Shown here piece by piece: positions 1 through 7,745 of a DNA stretch of 51,549 nucleotides. The notes under the pieces were generated by a model. It was given only the letters and a program-made list of their open reading frames with translations, made no database searches and was not told the origin of the DNA. The stretch is from Burkholderiaceae bacterium. GTDB taxonomy: Bacteria; Pseudomonadota; Gammaproteobacteria; Burkholderiales; Burkholderiaceae_C. The position numbers and the translations under genes are program-made. Within the stretch, counting starts at the first letter, position 1, and the number at the start of each line of letters is the position of its first letter. The DNA is taken from assembly GCA_036568605.1 (NCBI GenBank), contig DATCSE010000038.1, positions 1-51,549 of the forward strand, read 5' to 3'.

Positions 1-429
1 GTCCTAGGCTATACCACCGGCGTGTTCGACCTGTTCCACATCGGCCACGTGAACCTGCTGCGCAACGCGAAGTCGCTGTGCGACCGGCTGATCGTCGGCG
101 TCACGGTCGACGACCTGGTGCTGTACAAGAACAAGCATGCAGTGATCCCGTTCGACGAACGCATCGAGATCGTGCGAGCCTGCTCGTACGTGGACCTCGC
201 GGTTCCGCAGTTCACGATGGACAAGCTCGATGCCTGGCAGCGCTACAAGTTCAACGTGATGTTCGTCGGCGACGACTGGTACCAGAACGACCGCTGGAAG
301 GCGCTGGATGCCGAGTTCGGCGAGCGCGGCGTGCGCATCGTCTACTTCCCGTACACGAAGACGACCTCGTCGACGCTGATCAACGCGACGCTGGAGCGCC
401 TGCGCGGCCCCGCCGTCGCCGCGGCCTGA
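1..429 (+). CDS. Cytidylyltransferase-family protein (TagD / glycerol-3-phosphate cytidylyltransferase-like), 5' end cut by window edge
   Basis: Frame 1 is open from nt 1. Translation VLGYTTGVFDLFHIGHVNLLRNAK carries the HxGH nucleotidyltransferase signature of the cytidylyltransferase family. Stop TGA 427-429. Confidence 0.8.
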   Translation, partial: VLGYTTGVFDLFHIGHVNLLRNAKSLCDRLIVGVTVDDLVLYKNKHAVIPFDERIEIVRACSYVDLAVPQFTMDKLDAWQRYKFNVMFVGDDWYQNDRWKALDAEFGERGVRIVYFPYTKTTSSTLINATLERLRGPAVAAA

Positions 430-434
430 GACCG

Positions 435-473
435 CCTCCCTCTCCCTCTGGGAGAGGGCTGGGGAGGAGAGGG
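435..473. repeat. GC-rich REP-like hairpin (family A, single-hairpin variant) between convergent genes
   Basis: Perfect 9-bp stem CCCTCTCCC(438-446)/GGGAGAGGG(450-458) with a 3-nt loop, followed by CTGGGGAGGAGAGGG. It has the same stem sequence as the elements at 13778-13873 and 20978-21061. It lies between the stop at 429 (+) and the stop at 479 (-), so it may act as a bidirectional terminator. Confidence 0.7.
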
Positions 474-478
474 AACAT

Positions 479-1585
479 TCAGCGCAGCGCCTGAAGCAGC
501 CGCTCGACGGTCAACGGCTCGAGCTGCCAGCGATCCGCATCGGGCAGCGCCGTCGCCTGTTCGGCGAAGCGTGCCGGGTCGCGGTAGTCGCAGCGGCGCA
601 GCACCGATGCGTCGAACTCCCACCAGCGCGACGCGAGCAGCGCGTCGACGATCGCGGGCTCGAAGCGCATCCGGATCACGCGGGCCGGCACGCCGGCGAC
701 CACCGCATACGGCGGCACGTCGTGCGTGACGACCGCGCCGGCCGCGATCACCGCGCCGGTGCCGATGCGGATGCCGCGCGCCAACTGCACGTGCTGCCCG
801 ATCCAGACGTCGTGGCCGATCCGCGGCGCGGCCGCGAAACGGTTCGGCGGCTCGGTGGGCTCGAACGCGCCGGCGTTGAAGTCGCGGTGCGCCGCGACGA
901 ACGAACGGTAGCCGTCCAGCGCGTCGAAATCGTAGGTGATCGACGAGCTGGTCGCCCATTCGATCGGATGGCGGTCGCGAAACACATCGAAGCCCAGCGC
1001 GATCGAGCAGTAGCGCCCGATCTGCAGATCGGTCGGCAGCTCCGACTCGGCATACGAGAACGCGCCCAGCGTGCACAGCGACTGACCGGCCGGGAACGCC
1101 GCATACGGCTCGATCGCCGCGCCACGGCCGATCAGGATCTCGTCGTTGTCGACGAAGCGTTCGGCCTGGCGCCCGAAGTAGACATGGTGCTGCGCCAGCA
1201 CGGCCCGCACCCGTTCGCTGGTGTGCAGCCGCAGACCGTGCGCGTCGAAGCGCACGACCTCGGGCACCCCGATCGCGAGCGCCGCAGCGGGGTCGGATTG
1301 CTCGAGCACATGCCAGGTGGCGTCGCGGTCATCGGCCAAGCGGAACCGGCCGCGCAGCCGCACGCGGCCGGGCTCGGTGCGATCGGCATGGTCGAACACC
1401 GTGCTGCTGCGGCCGTCGTGCGTCAGGAAGTGCAGGCTGCCGTCGCGCACCGACCAGCGGGCTTCGTTGTGATGCGCATGGCCTTCGATGCTTCCGTCGG
1501 GCAGCAACCGCAGTGCCGGTGCGATCACCGAGCCGTCGGCGCGCAGGAACTGCCAGACCGGCGTTTCGCCGGTGCGTGCGTTCAT
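479..1585 (-). CDS. Hexapeptide-repeat (left-handed beta-helix) acetyltransferase, CatB/Vat-like C-terminal half, with an N-terminal domain of unknown function
   Basis: Start ATG (cat 1583-1585) gives MNARTGETPVWQF. The C-terminal half has typical xenobiotic/sugar O-acetyltransferase hexapeptide motifs (IGHDVWIGQHVQLARGIRIGTGAVIAAGAVVTHDVPPYAVVAGVPARVIR). The start overlaps the upstream gene's stop as ATGA (1582-1585). Confidence 0.75.
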   Translation of the reverse strand: MNARTGETPVWQFLRADGSVIAPALRLLPDGSIEGHAHHNEARWSVRDGSLHFLTHDGRSSTVFDHADRTEPGRVRLRGRFRLADDRDATWHVLEQSDPAAALAIGVPEVVRFDAHGLRLHTSERVRAVLAQHHVYFGRQAERFVDNDEILIGRGAAIEPYAAFPAGQSLCTLGAFSYAESELPTDLQIGRYCSIALGFDVFRDRHPIEWATSSSITYDFDALDGYRSFVAAHRDFNAGAFEPTEPPNRFAAAPRIGHDVWIGQHVQLARGIRIGTGAVIAAGAVVTHDVPPYAVVAGVPARVIRMRFEPAIVDALLASRWWEFDASVLRRCDYRDPARFAEQATALPDADRWQLEPLTVERLLQALR

Positions 1586-3618
1586 GCTGCCGCGCCTCCG
1601 GCGTTGTCGGCGCTCGCATCGGCCAGCACCTGCGCCGGCAGCGCTTCCGGCGGCAGGCCGACGCGCCAGCGCTCGACCATGCGCGTGAACAGCGCGCCGA
1701 GCTCGGCGCTGAAGCGCAAGTTGTCGAACAGCGGCAGCTCGAGCCGGCGCTGCGACAGATGCTCGCGAACGCCTTGCAGCGTCGCACGCTCGGCGGTGGC
1801 CAAGTCGACCGCGAGGCGCTCGTAGTCCTGCGCGTCGGCAACCGCGAGCTCGGGCAGGCCGACCGCATGCAGCAAGCTGGCGGCCACGCGCGCCGAGAAG
1901 CTGCGGCCGACTTGCGTCAGCACCGGCAACCCCATCCACAAGGCGTCGCTGCAGGTCGTGTGCGCACCGTACGGGAAGGTGTCCAGGAACAGATCGGCCA
2001 GCGGCAGCCGCGCGAGGTGTTCGGTAGGCTTGACGAACGGCGCGAAGATCAGACGCTCGGCCGCGATGCCGCGCTGGGCCGCCTGCTCGCGCAACGCGGC
2101 CTGGATGTGTTCCTGCGGCACCAGCAGCCACAGCACGCTGTTCGGCACTCGCTGCAGGATGCGGCACCAGCGCGAGAACACCGGCTCGGTGATCTTGTAG
2201 CTCTGGTTGAAGCAGGCATAGACGAATGCGTCCTCGGGCAGCCCGGCCTCGGCGCGGGTCGAGGTCGGCGGGTGCTCGCGCAGTTCGTCGGTGGGCTCGT
2301 AGCACACCGGCAGCTGCGCGATCTTCTCGGTGAAGTCGTCGGCATGCGCGAGCGGCGTCAGTACCGGATCGCCAATCACGTAGTCGATGAAGTCCGAGCC
2401 GGTGGTGCTCGGGTACGCGAGCCACAGCACCTGGATGGGCGCGGGCCGCAGCGCGAACACCGCGAGCCGCGAGGCCGCGGTGAAGCCGCTCATGTCCACC
2501 AGGATCGCGACGCCGTCGTCGCGGATGCGCCGGGCCTGCTGCGTCGTCGACATCTCGCGGCACTCGACGAAGCGGTCGACCGCGGCGACCAGCCGCTGGC
2601 GCAACGCGCTGCCGTCGTCCTGGCCGTGCGAATACAGGATGACCTCGAAGCGCGAGCGATCGAGGCGCTCCAGCGTGCGCACCAGCAGCATGCTGGTCGC
2701 GTGGGTGCGGAAGTCGGCCGAGACGAAGCCGATGCGGCAGCGCGCCGACGCGGCCACCGCCGGATAGCCCTCGGGGCCCGGCGCCGGTGCACTCCAGCCG
2801 CCTTCGAACTGGCTGCTCCGAGCCTGGCTTGCGAGATGGCGAGCCGCGACCTCAGCGGCCCTGCGGTGCATCGCCGCATCGTCGTTCAGCGACAGCAGGC
2901 AGAACGGGCTGTACCCCGGTGCTGCGCCGCCTTCGCCGAGCCGCGCCATCGCCTCGGCCAGGCGCGGCTCGTCCTCGGCCACCGATTTCCAGTCGCAGGC
3001 CCAGGCGCTGTAGTGGGCGCTGTAGACCGCCGAGCCGATCTGCGGCTCGAGGATCGCGACGGTGCGGAAGCATTCCGACGCATCCGAATGCCGCGACAGG
3101 TTCGCGAGCGCGAAACCGAGTTGCTGATAGGCCTCGATGTGCGCCGGCTTCATGCCCAGCAGCTTCAGGAAGGTCTGCGCCGCGGCCTGCCATTGGCCCA
3201 GCGCCATCTGCAGCGTGCCCTCGAGCAGGCAGTGCTGCTCGTCGCGTGCGACGTCCGGGTGCAGCGTCTGCAGCACGCGCAGCGCCTGGGTGTTGCGGTT
3301 GCCGTTGCGCAGCAGCTCGGCCCACAGATGGCACGCGAGGATGTTGTGCGTGTCGAGCTCGAACGCACGCTGCGCGCAGCGCAGCGCATCGTCGAGCAGG
3401 CGCTGGCGGCGCCGCACGCTGGCCAGGTTCAGCCAGTACAGGGAGTTGTTCGGTGCCTTGCGGATCGCCCGCTCCAGCGATGCGGCGGCCTCGGCCAGGC
3501 GCCCTTCGCGCGCCAGCGCAACGCCGCGCTGCCAGTGGTTGTGGCCGGGTGCCGTGGCCTGGACGGCGTGGTGCAGCGAGGCGGTCCGGGCCCGGCCCGC
3601 AGGTGCGGCAAGAGTCAT
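1582..3618 (-). CDS. TPR-repeat / GT41 (O-GlcNAc transferase, SPINDLY-like) glycosyltransferase; candidate flagellin glycosyltransferase
   Basis: N-terminal TPR-like repeats (WQRGVALAREGRLAEAAASLERAIRKAPNN...). The C-terminal half has the pattern of bacterial OGT/SPY-like proteins (RIGFVSADFRTHA...YACFNQSYKITEPVF..W..IL..VPNSVLWLL...DLFLDTFPYGAHTTCSDALWMGLPVLT). Start taken as M37 of the ORF (MTLAAP, cat 3616-3618); the alternative upstream start is at 3726. Confidence 0.8.
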   Translation of the reverse strand: MTLAAPAGRARTASLHHAVQATAPGHNHWQRGVALAREGRLAEAAASLERAIRKAPNNSLYWLNLASVRRRQRLLDDALRCAQRAFELDTHNILACHLWAELLRNGNRNTQALRVLQTLHPDVARDEQHCLLEGTLQMALGQWQAAAQTFLKLLGMKPAHIEAYQQLGFALANLSRHSDASECFRTVAILEPQIGSAVYSAHYSAWACDWKSVAEDEPRLAEAMARLGEGGAAPGYSPFCLLSLNDDAAMHRRAAEVAARHLASQARSSQFEGGWSAPAPGPEGYPAVAASARCRIGFVSADFRTHATSMLLVRTLERLDRSRFEVILYSHGQDDGSALRQRLVAAVDRFVECREMSTTQQARRIRDDGVAILVDMSGFTAASRLAVFALRPAPIQVLWLAYPSTTGSDFIDYVIGDPVLTPLAHADDFTEKIAQLPVCYEPTDELREHPPTSTRAEAGLPEDAFVYACFNQSYKITEPVFSRWCRILQRVPNSVLWLLVPQEHIQAALREQAAQRGIAAERLIFAPFVKPTEHLARLPLADLFLDTFPYGAHTTCSDALWMGLPVLTQVGRSFSARVAASLLHAVGLPELAVADAQDYERLAVDLATAERATLQGVREHLSQRRLELPLFDNLRFSAELGALFTRMVERWRVGLPPEALPAQVLADASADNAGGAAA

Positions 3619-3851
3619 GAGCGAAGGCCTGTGGTCAGGCACGGATGGGCGGTGGGTCAGTCTAGGAGTGGCGCAGGGCGCGCGATCCGCGGAATTGGGA
3701 CGGGATGTCGCGACTCTTTTCGCCAACTGGTTGCGCGCTCCTCAACAAGCGGGCCGCGCTGCCGAAATCCCGACGTTGGTGTCGGCAATTTCCTGATCAA
3801 TTCGGTGAAGAGAACTGGAAATAGTCCGCAAATTCAACTTGACATCAGTCC

Positions 3852-3879
3852 TCAAGTTCCTCGGCGGGCACTCCGATAA
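3852..3879 (+). promoter_or_regulatory. FliA (sigma-28)-type promoter upstream of fliC copy 1
   Basis: TCAA(3852-3855)-N16-TCCGATAA(3872-3879) compared with consensus TAAA-N15-GCCGATAA. It shares the CTCAAGTTC -35 context with three other sites in this window. Confidence 0.65.
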
Positions 3880-4073
3880 GCAAACCAACGGCAACGAGCA
3901 ATCGGAACCGGGGTCCGGAGTAAGCGGCCAATGTTGTGCGAGAGGCGTCACTGATTCAGCCTCCTGCAAAAACAAAGGATGACTCGCGCCGGGCGCAGCA
4001 AGCCAGAGGCTTCGGCCGCTGGCCCGGCGTCCAAAGCCGGATAGTCATTCATTAACCGTATGGAGAGTCTCAA

Positions 4074-4913
4074 ATGACCATTTCCGTCAACACCAACCTG
4101 TTCTCGCTGAACGCCCAGCGCAAGCTGGCGGGCACGGAATCCTCCCTCGCGACCTCGATGCAGCGCCTGTCCTCGGGCCTGCGGATCAACTCCGCAGCCG
4201 ACGACGCCGCCGGCCTCGCGATCTCTCAGCGCATGAGCGCCCAAGTCCGCGGCATGAACGTCGCGATCCGCAATGCCAACGACGGCATCTCGCTGGCGCA
4301 GACCGCCGACGGCGCGCTGGCTTCGGTCGGCGACTCGCTGCAGCGCATGCGTGAACTGGCGGTGCAGGCGCGCAACTCGACCAACAGCGACTCGGACAAG
4401 GACTCGCTGAACCTCGAGTTCCAGCAGCTCAGCTCGGAAATCGGCCGCGTGCTCGGCGGCACCACGTTCAACGGCAAGGCGATCCTGGGCGCCGACGCAG
4501 GCACGCTGACCTTCCAGGTCGGTGCCAACGTCACGACCAACGACTCGATCGACATCACGACGACCAACCTGACCACCGACGCGAAGATCACGACCGTGAC
4601 CGGCGCCTCGATCGGCAGCGCGGCCAACACCAGCGCAATCGCGACGGTGATCACCGACATCGACACGGCGATCGACGACATCAACAGCCAGCGCGCCACG
4701 TTCGGTGCCTCGCAGAACCGCTTCAACTCGGTGGTCTCGAACCTGCAGAGCTCGGTCGAGAACCAGTCGGCCGCGTCCAGCCGGATCACGGATGCCGACT
4801 TCGCGACGGAAACCGCGAACATGTCGCGCGCCCAGATCCTGCAACAGGCTGGCACCGCGATGGTCGCGCAAGCGAACCAGCTGCCGCAAAGCGTGCTGCG
4901 ACTGCTGCAGTAA
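4074..4913 (+). CDS. fliC: Flagellin (short, 279 aa), copy 1
   Basis: MTISVNTNLFSLNAQRKL...LQRLSSGLRINSAADDAAGLAISQRM N-terminus and ...SRITDADFATETANMSRAQILQQAGTAMVAQANQLPQSVLRLLQ C-terminus are canonical flagellin D0/D1 segments. SD GGAGAG lies 6 nt upstream. Confidence 0.97.
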   Translation: MTISVNTNLFSLNAQRKLAGTESSLATSMQRLSSGLRINSAADDAAGLAISQRMSAQVRGMNVAIRNANDGISLAQTADGALASVGDSLQRMRELAVQARNSTNSDSDKDSLNLEFQQLSSEIGRVLGGTTFNGKAILGADAGTLTFQVGANVTTNDSIDITTTNLTTDAKITTVTGASIGSAANTSAIATVITDIDTAIDDINSQRATFGASQNRFNSVVSNLQSSVENQSAASSRITDADFATETANMSRAQILQQAGTAMVAQANQLPQSVLRLLQ

Positions 4914-4958
4914 ACGCGTCCGATCCCGCGGCGCCAGTGCGCCGCGGTCGGCTCGCCA

Positions 4959-5001
4959 CGAGGCCCCGCACCGGGTAACCGGTCGGGGCCTCGTGTCGTT
5001 C
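4959..5001 (+). terminator. Rho-independent terminator after fliC copy 1
   Basis: CGAGGCCCCG(4959-4968)/CGGGGCCTCG(4984-4993) plus inner ACCGG/CCGGT around a GTAA loop. It is followed by the T-rich tract TGTCGTTCTC. A second hairpin, CCGCGGCGC-cagt-GCGCCGCGG, lies at 4926-4947. Confidence 0.7.
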
Positions 5002-5161
5002 TCGGCACCGAATTGAGCCGTCTAGTCGCCGCATTTCGGGCGTTTGTCGGCCTGGTGACTACAGAACAATGCCACCACGCCTCACCGCTTTCTGTCAGGG
5101 GCGTGTGGTCCGGAATCCGGCACAGCCGGCCGGGAGCCCCTGATTCTGTGGAGTGCCCATC

Positions 5162-6001
5162 ATGCCGATGACGATCAACACCAACCTCATATCGCTGAAT
5201 GCCCAGCGCAACTTGAACGGCTCGCAGTCTTCGCTGGCGACGTCGATGCAGCGCCTGTCCTCGGGCCTGCGGGTGAATTCGGCGAAGGACGACGCGGCGG
5301 GCCTGGCCATCGCCGAGCGCATGAACGCGCAGGTTCGCGGCATGAACGTCGCGATCCGCAATGCCAACGACGGCATCTCGCTGGCGCAGACCGCCGACGG
5401 CGCGCTCTCTTCGATCGGCGACTCGCTGCAGCGCATGCGCGAACTCGCGGTGCAGGCACGCAATGCGACCAACAGCGATTCGGACAAGGACTCGCTGAAC
5501 CTCGAGTTCCAGCAGCTCAGCTCCGAAATCGGTCGCGTGCTGGCCGGCACGACCTTCAACGGCAAGTACATCCTCGGCGCCGACGCCGGCACGCTGACCT
5601 TCCAGGTCGGTGCCAACGTCACGACCAACGACTCGATCGACATCACGACGACCAACCTGACCACCGACGCGAAGATCACGACGGTGACCAGTGCCTCGAT
5701 CGGCAGCACCGCCAACACGGCCGCGATCGCGACCGTGATCCAGGACATCGACACCGCGCTGGACGACATCAACAGCCAGCGCGCGATCTACGGCGCCTCG
5801 CAGAACCGCTTCTCGGCGGTGATCACGAACCTGCAGACCTCGGTCGAGAACCAGTCCGCATCGCGCAGCCGCATCATGGACGCCGACTTCGCGCAGGAAA
5901 CCGCGAACATGTCACGCGCACAGATCCTGCAGCAGGCCGGCACCGCGATGGTCGCGCAGGCGAACCAGCTGCCGCAGATGGTCCTGAAGCTGCTGGGCTG
6001 A
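5162..6001 (+). CDS. fliC: Flagellin (short, about 279 aa), copy 2 (tandem paralog)
   Basis: MPMTINTNLISLNAQRNL...; same architecture as copy 1. GGAG (5150-5153) lies 8 nt before ATG 5162. Alternative starts are GTG 5153 and ATG 5168. Confidence 0.95.
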   Translation: MPMTINTNLISLNAQRNLNGSQSSLATSMQRLSSGLRVNSAKDDAAGLAIAERMNAQVRGMNVAIRNANDGISLAQTADGALSSIGDSLQRMRELAVQARNATNSDSDKDSLNLEFQQLSSEIGRVLAGTTFNGKYILGADAGTLTFQVGANVTTNDSIDITTTNLTTDAKITTVTSASIGSTANTAAIATVIQDIDTALDDINSQRAIYGASQNRFSAVITNLQTSVENQSASRSRIMDADFAQETANMSRAQILQQAGTAMVAQANQLPQMVLKLLG

Positions 6002-6025
6002 CGAAAAATTCTTCGCCGAACACCC

Positions 6026-6052
6026 TCAAGTTCGGCGCGACAACGCCGACAA
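6026..6052 (+). promoter_or_regulatory. FliA (sigma-28)-type promoter upstream of fliD
   Basis: TCAA(6026-6029)-N15-GCCGACAA(6045-6052), in the context CCTCAAGTTCGG. Confidence 0.6.
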
Positions 6053-6098
6053 ACGGGATATTCGGGCTCACGTCCCGGGTATCCCGTTTCTCATTTTC
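6051..6098 (+). terminator. Rho-independent terminator after fliC copy 2
   Basis: 10-bp stem AAACGGGATA(6051-6060)/TATCCCGTTT(6080-6089), followed by CTCATTTTCG. The left arm overlaps the -10 box of the putative fliD promoter. Confidence 0.65.
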
Positions 6099-6157
6099 GC
6101 GAACGATGAACGCGCCGCAGGGCCTCGCCGGGCCGCCGCGGCGCAGAGGTAGGTGAC

Positions 6158-7615
6158 ATGTCCACTTCGATCAGCGGCACCGGTTCGGTCAGCTCTGCCG
6201 GCATCGGCAGCGGCCTGGACGTCAGCTCGATCATCAGCAAGCTGATGGAGGTCGAGAAGGCACCGCTGACGGCGCTGCAGACCAAGGAGACGTCGATCCA
6301 ATCGACGATCTCGACCTACGGCACGCTGAAGTCGGACGTCTCCGACCTGCGCGACGCGGCCCGCACGCTGATCAAGCCCAGCACCTGGTCGGCGACGACC
6401 GGCACCTCGTCCGATGCGACCTCGGTCAGCGTCGCGACCGGCACCAACGCCGCAACCGGCAACTACTCGGTGCAGGTGCAGAGCCTCGCGGCGGCGCAGT
6501 CGACGGTCAGCGGGACGTTCTCGTCGGCCGACGCGCTGGTCGGCTCGGGCACCCTGCACATCGACCTGGGCACCTGGGCGACCGGCAACGCGTCGTTCAC
6601 CGCGAAGAGCGGCAGCAGCGGCGTCGACATCACGGTCAGTGCGACCGACACGCTGACGACGCTCGCCGACAAGATCACCGCGTCGAGCGCCGGCGTCAAC
6701 GCGTCGGTCGTGACCGATGCGAGCGGCTCGCGGCTGGTGCTGACCTCGAAGACCACCGGCGTCGACAATGCATTTCGCATCACCGCGGTCGACAGCGACG
6801 GTGCGAACACCGATGCGAGCGGGCTGTCGGCGCTGGCCTACGACCCGGCCGGCGGCACGACCGCGACCACCTCGACGCAGAGCGCCGCAAACGCGAAGGC
6901 CACGATCAACGGCCTGAGCGTGACCTCGGCGACCAACACGCTGACCGACGTGATCAAGGGCCTGACGCTGACGCTGAACAAGGTCACGACCGGCCCGGTG
7001 CAGATCGGCATCGCGCAGGACACCAGTTCGATCAAGACCGCGGTGCAGAGCTTCGTCACCGCATACAACGCCTTGTCGTCGCTGCTGTCGACCGACCTCA
7101 AGTACGACAGCAGCACCTCCACCGCCGGCCCGCTGCAGGGCGATGCGAGCGCCCAGTCGCTGCAGCGCCAGCTGCGCAACCTGATCAGCGGCTCGTCGGG
7201 CGGCTCGTCGACCTTCGCGACGCTGTCCTCCATGGGTCTCGAGATCCAGACCGACGGCACGCTGAAGGTCAACGACACCAAGCTGACCGCTGCGCTGGCC
7301 AACCCGGCCGAGATGAAGAAGGCGTTCGCGAACGCCGACCTGAACAACGCCAGCAACAACGGTTTCGCCCAGCAGCTCAACCTGTTCGGCAATTCGGTGC
7401 TGGGCGGCGAAGGCCTGCTGACCACGCGCATCGCCGGATTGAACGCGAGCCTGACGCGCAACCAGGCCGACCAGGACAAGCTGCAGGCGCGGCTGGACGC
7501 CACGCAGGCCCGGCTGACGAAGCAGTACAACGCGCTGGACACCAAGATGGCCTCGCTGACGACGCTGAGCAACTACGTCACCCAGCAGATCGCGAACTGG
7601 AACAAGAGCAGCTGA
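6158..7615 (+). CDS. fliD: Flagellar filament cap protein FliD (hook-associated protein 2)
   Basis: N-terminus ISGTGSVSSAGIGSGLDVSSIISKLMEVEKAPLTALQTK and C-terminus ...RLTKQYNALDTKMASLTTLSNYVTQQIANW are typical of FliD. Confidence 0.95.
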   Translation: MSTSISGTGSVSSAGIGSGLDVSSIISKLMEVEKAPLTALQTKETSIQSTISTYGTLKSDVSDLRDAARTLIKPSTWSATTGTSSDATSVSVATGTNAATGNYSVQVQSLAAAQSTVSGTFSSADALVGSGTLHIDLGTWATGNASFTAKSGSSGVDITVSATDTLTTLADKITASSAGVNASVVTDASGSRLVLTSKTTGVDNAFRITAVDSDGANTDASGLSALAYDPAGGTTATTSTQSAANAKATINGLSVTSATNTLTDVIKGLTLTLNKVTTGPVQIGIAQDTSSIKTAVQSFVTAYNALSSLLSTDLKYDSSTSTAGPLQGDASAQSLQRQLRNLISGSSGGSSTFATLSSMGLEIQTDGTLKVNDTKLTAALANPAEMKKAFANADLNNASNNGFAQQLNLFGNSVLGGEGLLTTRIAGLNASLTRNQADQDKLQARLDATQARLTKQYNALDTKMASLTTLSNYVTQQIANWNKSS

Positions 7616-7683
7616 CCCGCGCATCCGGCGCCGATCGACGGAACAGACCCGTCGCAGGCCCGAAGACGCGGCGAATGTCGCGC

Positions 7684-7710
7684 TCAAGCCCCGGGACCGC
7701 GGGCCGATAA
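7684..7710 (+). promoter_or_regulatory. FliA (sigma-28)-type promoter upstream of fliS
   Basis: TCAA(7684-7687)-N15-GCCGATAA(7703-7710), a perfect -10 box. The -10 box is also the left arm of the inverted repeat CGATAAC(7705-7711)/GTTATCG(7722-7728). Confidence 0.7.
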
Positions 7711-7745
7711 CAAAGCATCGCGTTATCGCAGAAAGATCGGTCCTC

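Noticed and set aside
479-2563. A 694-aa reading frame that extends the acetyltransferase upstream through the GT41 gene.
   Set aside because: The portion upstream of ATG 1585 is Arg/Ala-rich nonsense and overlaps the well-supported GT41 coding frame. The ATGA stop/start overlap at 1582-1585 gives a natural start.
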